Shown piece by piece: positions 45,592-51,380 of a DNA stretch of 64,000 nucleotides. Origin of the DNA: an uncultured Verrucomicrobiae bacterium (GTDB taxonomy: Bacteria > Verrucomicrobiota > Verrucomicrobiia > Palsa-1439); assembly GCA_963812605.1 (NCBI GenBank), contig CAWEWF010000014.1, positions 704,001 to 768,000 of the forward strand, given 5' to 3'. The position numbers were made by a program, and so were the translations under genes. Below the pieces are notes generated by a model. That model saw only the letters and a program-made list of their open reading frames with translations. It was not told where the DNA came from and ran no database searches. Position 1 is the stretch's first letter. Each line of letters opens with the position of its first letter.

Positions 45592-45624
45592 AACCCTGCT
45601 TCCGAAAGGAACGCAGGGTTTTTT
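45592..45624 (+). terminator. Intrinsic terminator (attenuator)
   Basis: AACCCTGCTTCC-GAAA-GGAAcGCAGGGTT then T tract; competitor GGAAGCAGG at 45557-45565. Confidence 0.85.
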
Positions 45625-45688
45625 ATTGTCGCTATGCCGAAAAACGAAAGGAATCACAGTTAAAATGAAGATTTAAGGTGAAAAGAAT

Positions 45689-46047
45689 GCCGCGCCACCA
45701 GCGTCAACTGGCAGCGCGGCGGGATCGGTCACTACAACAGGACTCTTGTGAGGGCCACTGAGGAGCAACCTTGTACAAGGTTAGCCTCCTTGGTGCGAAG
45801 GTGTCAAGGGCTCGCCCTTTGCCCGCCGAACTGTCCTGCCGGAGTTGAACGTTTCCCACACCAATCAATAACAACGCCAAGGGCTTCATGGGAGGTGTGC
45901 CCGAAACACCAAAACGTTCCACCGAGAAATCCCGTGGCCACGCCAGCGTCAGGCTGGTGTGAAGGTGTTCGTTCTTTGTTGTGATCAGGGCAGGAACACA
46001 GGGCAACCAATCGAGTGCCGCATGAGGCGGCATTGTGTTCCTGCCCC
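45689..46047 (+). ncRNA. Unidentified structured RNA ahead of the tRNA array
   Basis: Nested stems CACTGAGGAG/CTCCTTGGTG, AACCTTGT/ACAAGGTT, GGGCAGGAACACA/TGTGTTCCTGCCC. Confidence 0.55.
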
Positions 46048-46057
46048 CATTTTCCGG

Positions 46058-46131
46058 GCGCTTGTGGTTTAGCAGCAGAACACCGCGTTGCCAACGCGGA
46101 GGTGCGGGTGCGACTCCCGCCGAGCGCTCCA
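46058..46131 (+). tRNA. tRNA-Gly(GCC)
   Basis: CCGCG-TTGCCAA-CGCGG; CCA; T-loop TGCGACT. Confidence 0.88.
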
Positions 46132-46142
46132 ATTCCAGTGCT

Positions 46143-46216
46143 ACGGCGTGCGCCAGTTCGCGCAGTTGAGTCTCCAAAACTCGGCGTGGTTGGGGCGGCA
46201 CCAACACGCCGTGCCA
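46143..46216 (+). tRNA. tRNA-Trp(CCA), degenerate D arm
   Basis: TGAGT-CTCCAAA-ACTCG; ACGGCGT/ACGCCGT; GCCA. Confidence 0.75.
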
Positions 46217-46220
46217 GTTT

Positions 46221-46296
46221 GGGGACACATGTGCCGTAGCGGCGAGACTGCCTTGCAAGCAGTTTGTGGTGGGTGCAACTCCCACTGTCTCCACCA
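46221..46296 (+). tRNA. tRNA-Ala(TGC)
   Basis: ACTGC-CTTGCAA-GCAGT; G3:U70; ACCA. Confidence 0.85.
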
Positions 46297-46308
46297 GTTC
46301 GGACCCGC

Positions 46309-46399
46309 GGGTGATGTTCCGGTCAACGGTCTGTAGAACCGTGGTCGCTAAAACAAGGTCGGAAGACGACGAGTGGAGCGTTACCACCATCACCCACCA
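46309..46399 (+). tRNA. tRNA-Tyr(GTA), reduced D arm, long variable arm
   Basis: ACGGT-CTGTAGA-ACCGT; GGGTGAT/ATCACCC; ACCA. Confidence 0.72.
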
Positions 46400-46406
46400 G
46401 TTTCAC

Positions 46407-46482
46407 GACTCGGAAGAGGAACAGCAGACTCGCCTGCCTGTCTAGCGGGAGATAACGGGGGCAGCACCCGTCCGGATCGCCA
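46407..46482 (+). tRNA. tRNA-Asp(GTC)
   Basis: CCTGC-CTGTCTA-GCGGG; GCCA. Confidence 0.78.
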
Positions 46483-46487
46483 TTTCG

Positions 46488-46562
46488 CGGGCACGAGGAA
46501 GATAGCAATCCGCCCGGTTTGGAACCGGGAGACACTCGGGGCAGAACCGAGGTGCCCGACCA
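46488..46562 (+). tRNA. tRNA-Pro(TGG)
   Basis: CCCGG-TTTGGAA-CCGGG; CGGGCAC/GTGCCCG; ACCA. Confidence 0.85.
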
Positions 46563-46569
46563 ATTTCCA

Positions 46570-46645
46570 CTCCCCGTAGTTCAGATTATAGAATGCCGAG
46601 CTTCTAACTCGGAGGTCGCAGGTGCGAGTCCTGCCGGGGAGACCA
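46570..46645 (+). tRNA. tRNA-Arg(TCT)
   Basis: CCGAG-CTTCTAA-CTCGG; ACCA. Confidence 0.9.
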
Positions 46646-46653
46646 GTTTTGAT

Positions 46654-46728
46654 TCCATCGTGGGATAACAGTAGTCCACCGTCCTGTTAAGGCGAGAGGT
46701 CGTGGTGCGAATCCACGCGATGGAGCCA
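46654..46728 (+). tRNA. tRNA-Asn(GTT)
   Basis: CGTC-CTGTTAA-GGCG; TCCATCG/CGATGGA; GCCA. Confidence 0.88.
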
Positions 46729-46729
46729 G

Positions 46730-46821
46730 GGAGTCCAGGCCGATACAAGCTGGCGGCACTCGTCTTGAAAACGAGATCTGGCGCAAGCCAGAGGCGGGAG
46801 CATTACCTGCGGACTCCGCCA
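46730..46821 (+). tRNA. tRNA-Ser(TGA)
   Basis: CTCGT-CTTGAAA-ACGAG; long variable arm; GCCA. Confidence 0.87.
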
Positions 46822-46853
46822 ATTCAGAAACAACAACCGAAGGAGATAAGGCC

Positions 46854-47033
46854 ATGTACACCACCAAGACAGAAACGGTCGCTCGGATCCCCATCCAACG
46901 CTGGCGAAATACGCGCTTTGTCGTACCGGTGCGGGAAACGCGACGCCATCGGTCGCTGGCAATACCGGATCCGCCACACCGGAAGAGGACGCGTCGCGGA
47001 TCATTCACCGAAACTGACGCGCGCGCCCCATAA
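46854..47033 (+). CDS. 59-aa Arg-rich small protein inside the tRNA array
   Basis: AAGGAG RBS; MYTTKTETVARIPIQRWRNTRFVVPVRETRRHRSLAIPDPPHRKRTRRGSFTETDARAP*. Confidence 0.5.
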   Translation: MYTTKTETVARIPIQRWRNTRFVVPVRETRRHRSLAIPDPPHRKRTRRGSFTETDARAP

Positions 47034-47075
47034 CGCGCATTGTTTACCATGCCTGTCGCAAACGATGCGCCCTTC

Positions 47076-47149
47076 CCTTCCGTAGCTCAAGAGCAGAGCG
47101 GTCGGCTGATAACCGACAGATCACGGAGCGTTACCGTGCGGAAGGACCA
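47076..47149 (+). tRNA. tRNA-Ile(GAT)
   Basis: GTCGG-CTGATAA-CCGAC; ACCA. Confidence 0.88.
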
Positions 47150-47151
47150 AC

Positions 47152-47226
47152 GGCTCGGAAGCTCTCGGAGGAGAGCGTCCCGCTGAAAACGGGAAAGGGG
47201 CGGTGCAACTCCGTCGCGAGCCACCA
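47152..47226 (+). tRNA. tRNA-Phe(GAA)
   Basis: TCCCG-CTGAAAA-CGGGA; ACCA. Confidence 0.85.
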
Positions 47227-47235
47227 CTTTGTTTT

Positions 47236-47309
47236 GTTCTCGAAGTGTAAGAGATCTGCACGTCCCGTTGCGAACGGGAAGGTTCGGGGTGCGAATCCCT
47301 GCGAGAACA
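47236..47309 (+). tRNA. tRNA-Arg(GCG)
   Basis: TCCCG-TTGCGAA-CGGGA; GTTCTCG/CGAGAAC; no encoded CCA. Confidence 0.82.
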
Positions 47310-47338
47310 CTTTACCCCGAATTCTTTCGGGCCAGTTT

Positions 47339-47415
47339 GCCTCTGTGGCCGAGACTGTCCAGGCACGGCTTTCGTAAAGCCGACCACATCGGTGCAATTC
47401 CGATCGGAGGCCCCA
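47339..47415 (+). tRNA. tRNA-Thr(CGT)
   Basis: CGGCT-TTCGTAA-AGCCG; CCA. Confidence 0.85.
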
Positions 47416-47422
47416 GTTTGCT

Positions 47423-47497
47423 GGTGACCGTGGTGTAAGAGCAGCACCGCAGACCGTGAATCTGCAGGAGCGGGTGTAAGTCCCGTCGGTCGCCCCA
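47423..47497 (+). tRNA. tRNA-His(GTG)
   Basis: GCAGA-CCGTGAA-TCTGC; G-1:C73; CCA. Confidence 0.87.
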
Positions 47498-47505
47498 ATT
47501 CGTTC

Positions 47506-47578
47506 GTCCCGCGAGGGAGCCAGTGAACCCGCCTGTCTGCAAAACAAGCACTGTGCGGTGCGACACCGCAGCGGGACT
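47506..47578 (+). tRNA. tRNA-Cys(GCA)
   Basis: TGT-CTGCAAA-ACA; GTCCCGC/GCGGGAC; U73. Confidence 0.78.
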
Positions 47579-47588
47579 TCAATTTCAT

Positions 47589-47663
47589 GCCTCCAAAGAA
47601 TAGACAGCGATTCGCGTCATCGGTAATGACGACAGCACAGTGCGATTCTGTGTGGAGGCTCCA
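47589..47663 (+). tRNA. tRNA-Thr(GGT)
   Basis: CGTCA-TCGGTAA-TGACG; GCCTCCA/TGGAGGC; CCA. Confidence 0.83.
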
Positions 47664-47670
47664 ATTCGAT

Positions 47671-47749
47671 GCGGCAGTGATGTTGAACAGAATGAGCATG
47701 GCTGCCTTCCAAGCAGCTCGTGTGGGTGCGACTCCCATCTGCCGCACCA
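47671..47749 (+). tRNA. tRNA-Gly(TCC)
   Basis: GCTGC-CTTCCAA-GCAGC; ACCA. Confidence 0.87.
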
Positions 47750-47755
47750 CTTCGA

Positions 47756-47829
47756 CGCGGGTGAGTAGCGTGGCACTACAGGAGGCTCATACCCTCCAGA
47801 CGCCGGTTCAATTCCGGCACCCGCTACCA
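47756..47829 (+). tRNA. tRNA-Met(CAT), initiator-like
   Basis: GGAGG-CTCATAC-CCTCC; unpaired C1/U72; only array member with a TTC T-loop. Confidence 0.82.
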
Positions 47830-47836
47830 ATTTTCT

Positions 47837-47911
47837 CGCTCCGTAGCACAAACGCAGTGCGCCGGTTTCATACGCCGGAGATTGCCAGTGCGAACCTGGC
47901 CGGAGCGACCA
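47837..47911 (+). tRNA. tRNA-Met(CAT), elongator (or Ile2)
   Basis: CCGGT-TTCATAC-GCCGG; ACCA. Confidence 0.83.
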
Positions 47912-47915
47912 GTTC

Positions 47916-47990
47916 GGGTCGCAAGCATTGCAAGCGATGCAGCGGATTCTTACTCCGCAGAACACGGGGCGGTACCGTGGCGGCCCACCA
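47916..47990 (+). tRNA. tRNA-Lys(CTT)
   Basis: GCGGA-TTCTTAC-TCCGC; ACCA. Confidence 0.83.
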
Positions 47991-47998
47991 ATCCATTC

Positions 47999-48073
47999 GC
48001 CTGCGTGGCCGAAAAGTCAGGCACCGGTTTTGTAAACCGACCCATGCAGGTGCGACTCCTGCCGCAGGCTCCA
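47999..48073 (+). tRNA. tRNA-Thr(TGT)
   Basis: CGGT-TTTGTAA-ACCG; GCCTGCG/CGCAGGC; CCA. Confidence 0.87.
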
Positions 48074-48079
48074 ATTGAT

Positions 48080-48154
48080 TGCCTCGTGGTGTAACCAGCG
48101 GCACATCCGTCTCTGAAACGGAAAGTCCGGGTGCAATTCCAGGCGAGGCAGCCA
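48080..48154 (+). tRNA. tRNA-Gln(CTG)
   Basis: TCCGT-CTCTGAA-ACGGA; U1:A72; GCCA. Confidence 0.87.
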
Positions 48155-48161
48155 TCGTCAC

Positions 48162-48236
48162 GCCGCACTAGCCCAATGCAGAGGCACCAGTCTTAGAAAC
48201 TGGACAGTCCTGGTGCAAATCCAGGGTGCGGTACCA
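48162..48236 (+). tRNA. tRNA-Leu(TAG), short variable loop
   Basis: CCAGT-CTTAGAA-ACTGG; ACCA. Confidence 0.85.
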
Positions 48237-48240
48237 ATTC

Positions 48241-48316
48241 GCTCCCGTAGCTCAAAGTATAGAGCGCCCGGCTTCGAACCGGGAGGTTGCAGGTGAGATT
48301 CCTCCCGGGAGCACCA
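48241..48316 (+). tRNA. tRNA-Arg(TCG)
   Basis: CCCGG-CTTCGAA-CCGGG; ACCA. Confidence 0.87.
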
Positions 48317-48325
48317 ACGTCCGAA

Positions 48326-48397
48326 GCTCGTGTAGCCCAACGCAGAGGCAGTCGGCTTAAACCCGATCCAGTGCCGGTGCAATCCCGGCCACGAGCA
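48326..48397 (+). tRNA. tRNA-Leu(TAA), short variable loop
   Basis: GTCGG-CTTAAAC-CCGAT; GCTCGTG/CACGAGC. Confidence 0.83.
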
Positions 48398-48402
48398 CCG
48401 AT

Positions 48403-48478
48403 ACCGACGTAGCCCAACAGCAGAGGCACCAAGCTCAAACCTTGGCCAGTGTGGGTGCGACTCCCTCCGTCGGTACCA
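48403..48478 (+). tRNA. tRNA-Leu(CAA), short variable loop
   Basis: CCAAG-CTCAAAC-CTTGG; ACCA. Confidence 0.84.
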
Positions 48479-48484
48479 ATTCAC

Positions 48485-48577
48485 GGAGCATGAACCGGGC
48501 AAGCGAACCGGGACTGTTTGCTAAACAGATCGACCCGCATCCAGCGGATTGAGGCGCAAGCCCTCCGTGCTCCGCCA
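48485..48577 (+). tRNA. tRNA-Ser(GCT)
   Basis: CTGT-TTGCTAA-ACAG; long variable arm; GCCA. Confidence 0.82.
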
Positions 48578-48587
48578 GTTCCTTCTC

Positions 48588-48676
48588 CCGCCCGTAGTTC
48601 AAAGAGAACCGTCCGCCTTATAAGCGGAATCGCACTGGATGAGTGCCAGGCCTCGGAGCGTTACCGAGCGGGCGGA
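48588..48676 (+). tRNA. tRNA-Ile(TAT) with long variable arm
   Basis: TCCGC-CTTATAA-GCGGA; variable stem GCACT/AGTGC; CCGCCCG/CGGGCGG. Confidence 0.75.
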
Positions 48677-48677
48677 T

Positions 48678-48755
48678 GGCCGTGATCGCGAAGCAGCTCC
48701 AGCGACCTGTCTTTCAAGCAGGATCCAGCGGGTGCGAGACCCGCCACGGCTGCCA
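48678..48755 (+). tRNA. tRNA-Glu(TTC)
   Basis: CCTGT-CTTTCAA-GCAGG; GCCA. Confidence 0.82.
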
Positions 48756-48757
48756 AC

Positions 48758-48834
48758 GGACTCGAAGCCACAGCAGACCGGCACCGGACTTTTAATCCGG
48801 CAGGGTGAGGTTGCAACTACCTCCGGGTCCACCA
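48758..48834 (+). tRNA. tRNA-Lys(TTT)
   Basis: CCGGA-CTTTTAA-TCCGG; ACCA. Confidence 0.84.
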
Positions 48835-48860
48835 ATTTCGCTCGTATTGCCCAATGCGTT

Positions 48861-48934
48861 TGCCGAGTCGTCCAATAGTAGGACATCTCGCTTTGAACGA
48901 GAAGATCGTGGTGCGAATCCACGCTCGGCAGCCA
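48861..48934 (+). tRNA. tRNA-Gln(TTG)
   Basis: TCTCG-CTTTGAA-CGAGA; U1:A72; GCCA. Confidence 0.9.
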
Positions 48935-48939
48935 ATTCC

Positions 48940-49013
48940 CGCCCGATGGTGAAATAGGATCACGCCTGGCTTACATCCAGGAATCCGGGGAGCATAACCT
49001 CGTCGGGCGACCA
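48940..49013 (+). tRNA. tRNA-Val(TAC)
   Basis: CCTGG-CTTACAT-CCAGG; ACCA. Confidence 0.85.
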
Positions 49014-49023
49014 GTTTGATGAT

Positions 49024-49109
49024 TTGCGGAAGTGAGACGGGAGTTCCTTCGGAGCTCAATCACCGAGCACTGGCCTGTTAAGCCAGCCTCCCGGCAGGAT
49101 ACTCCGCAA
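49024..49109 (+). ncRNA. Y-RNA-like unit 1
   Basis: TTGCGGA/TCCGCAA terminal stem; AGTGAGACGGGAGTTCCTTC matches the shared motif. Confidence 0.6.
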
Positions 49110-49123
49110 TGCTCTTTCGGCGA

Positions 49124-49255
49124 TTTGAGGTAGTGAGATCGGAGTTACTTCGCATGACAAGCGAGAGGTTGCCGGTTCGATTCCGGTCGCGGCCAGCAAT
49201 GGCTGCGTAGCTCAATGGTAGAGCGCTTACGTCTCTGATCGATTTTCTCCTCAAA
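49124..49255 (+). ncRNA. YrlA-type Y RNA with permuted tRNA-like domain
   Basis: Terminal stem encloses T arm GCCGGTTCGATTCCGGT, a loop-closed acceptor-like stem, then D arm TAGCTCAATGGTAGAGC; upstream of Ro60. Confidence 0.8.
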
Positions 49256-49260
49256 ACTTT

Positions 49261-49356
49261 TTGGGGTAGTGAGATTCGGGTTACTTCATGGTCCTGTTGG
49301 TTCGAATCCAACCTTCAGCCTTCCGGCTGATGTTCCCGGGTCGGTTTACTCCTCAA
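49261..49356 (+). ncRNA. Y-RNA-like unit 3 (T arm retained)
   Basis: GGGGTAGTGAGATTCGGGTTACTTC...GTTGGTTCGAATCCAAC...GGTCGGTTTACTCCTCAA. Confidence 0.7.
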
Positions 49357-49380
49357 AACAATCCAAACACAACCAAATCC

Positions 49381-49477
49381 GTGAGGCAGTGAGGTCAGGG
49401 CTACTTCGAAACTGGGATGGGTGAAAACCCCACCAGTCTGGCCGCAAGGCCGTTTCCCCGGCCGGTTTACTCCTCAC
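49381..49477 (+). ncRNA. Y-RNA-like unit 4
   Basis: GTGAGGCAGTGAGGTCAGGGCTACTTC...GGCCGGTTTACTCCTCAC. Confidence 0.68.
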
Positions 49478-49498
49478 ACAACCTGAAAGGAGCACGCA

Positions 49499-50931
49499 AT
49501 GAGATTCAACCTGCTCAAGAGACGCCGCACGGGCGCCGATACCGTCAACTTCGCTGGAGGCGAGGCGTTCACGGAATCCCCAAAGCTGGAACTGGCGGCG
49601 CTAATGTTGACCGCGACACTGCAGAACGACTTTTATCGTTCCGCCAACGCCACTGCTACGCGCTTGAAGGAACTCATCGGCAAGATCGACGACAAGAAGT
49701 TTGTCGCCAAGACTGCGCTCTACGCCCGCAACAAGGCGGGGATGCGTTCGGTTTCACATCTGACTGCCGGTGAGTTGGCCCGCACCGTGAAGGGGCAGCC
49801 GTGGACTGCGAAGTTCTACGAACAAGTGGTCCGCCGCCCGGATGACGCGTTGGAAATCCTCGCGTACTACCTGGCGATGCACGGTCGGCCCATCCCAAAC
49901 GCGTTGAAGAAGGGCCTGGGCGCTGCCTTGGCGCGTTTCGACGAGTACCAGTTGGCCAAGTATCGCAAGAGCGCTGCGGAAATCTCGCTCGTGGACGCGG
50001 TAAACCTCGTTCACCCGAGACACACCGAGGCATTGAAGAAGCTGGTCAACGGCACTCTCGCGCCGGCAGAAACCTGGGAAACCAGACTGACGGAGGCGGG
50101 TGCGGCGGCGGAGTCGGAAGACGAACTCGCCGAGTTGAAGAAGGACGTGTGGACGAAGCTGATCGAGAGTCGCAAGCTCGGTTACTTCGCGCTGTTGCGC
50201 AACCTGCGCAACATTCTCCAAGCCGCGCCTGAGTCAATGGATGCGGCCATCACAATGTTGACGGATGAGAGGCTCATCCGGCGCTCGTTGGTGCTGCCAT
50301 TCCGTTATCCTCACGGCGCTCGAAGCAATGCAGGCGACTAAGCCTGCCGAATGTCAGCAAGGTACTCGTTGCTCTCAGCGAGGCGGTGGACAAGTCTCTT
50401 GTTAACGTGCCGCAGTTCGATGGCAAGACGCTGGTTGCGCTGGATGGCTCTGGTTCGATGCAGGGGCGTCCCCTGAAGATCGGCTCGCTGTTTGCCGCAA
50501 CGCTGGCGAAGGCCAACGATGCGGACGTAATGCTGTTCAGTAACGACGCGAAGTATGTCTCCCTGAACCACCGTGACAGCACGTTGACGCTGGCGCAGTG
50601 GCTGGAGAGCCAGGCCCAGTCGGCGGGAACCGACTTCCATTGCATCTTCCAGACGGCGAAGCGCGGTTATGATCGCGTGATCATCCTGTCGGATATGCAG
50701 GGTTGGATCGGTCACTACGCTCCGACCAAGACCTATGAGGCGTACAGGAGACAGTTCGGGGTTGACCCGAAGGTTTTCTCGTTCGATCTCAAGGGTTACG
50801 GCACGTTGATGTTCCCCGAACGCAGCATCTATTGTTTGGCCGGCTTCTCCGACAAGACAATGGACATGCTGAAGTTCCTCGACTCGGATAAGTCCGCATT
50901 GCTTCGAGAAATCGAGGCCGTCGAGTTGTAA
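49499..50931 (+). CDS. rsr: Ro60/Rsr TROVE-vWA RNA-binding protein, apparent frameshifts near 50310-50340
   Basis: NFAGGEAF, FDEYQLAKY, LGYFALLRNLRNI, LPFRY; C-terminal vWA DGSGSM, GTDF, ILSDMQ. Confidence 0.88.
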
Positions 50932-50935
50932 CCTC

Positions 50936-50975
50936 GGGAGCTTCCTGACCACGGTTGGGAAGCTCCCTTCTCTTT
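50936..50975 (+). terminator. Hairpin after Ro60 gene
   Basis: GGGAGCTTCC...GGAAGCTCCC followed by TTCTCTTT. Confidence 0.5.
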
Positions 50976-51063
50976 CCAGTAATTTGAAGCATCCGGCAAC
51001 GACAACCGAGCTGCGTCGTCTGTCATTACACAAATCAACCCGCTCGGAGAAAGGAGCCACATC

Positions 51064-51307
51064 GTGAGATTCAACATCCTGAAGAGACGCAGCACGAACG
51101 CCGATTCCGTCAACTTTGCCGGCGGGGAGGCATTTACCGAGTCGCCAAAGGTGGAACTGGCGGCGCTGATGTTGGGCGCAGGCAACCAGCTTGGTCTTGG
51201 GCAACCACCATTGACATTGGTTGCGTTTTCACTAATCCGCAATCGCGAAGTTCCTCGACTCGGACAAGACGGCGCTGCTGCGAGAAATCGAAGCGGTGGA
51301 GTTGTAA
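51064..51307 (+). pseudogene. Internally deleted second Ro60 copy
   Basis: Start MRFNILKRR..NFAGGEAFTESPKVELAALML and end KFLDSDKTALLREIEAVEL* match the termini of 49499-50931. Confidence 0.85.
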
Positions 51308-51380
51308 ACAAACCCGGTGGAGGAGTAGCTTGAAGGCGTGCTCCTCCATCCCATTGAATGATAGGAAAGGAAACACCAAC

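Noticed and set aside
45757-45800. Hammerhead ribozyme suggested by CTGAGGA
   Set aside because: The motif is paired within a stem (CACTGAGGAG/CTCCTTGGTG) and there is no correctly placed GAAA core
48840-48858. An additional tRNA-Leu gene
   Set aside because: Only a 5' fragment (GCTCGTATTGCCCAATGC) resembling Leu(TAA) is present, with no anticodon or T arm
45704-49311. Many short ORFs on both strands across the array
   Set aside because: They overlap clear tRNA cloverleaves and Y-RNA-like units
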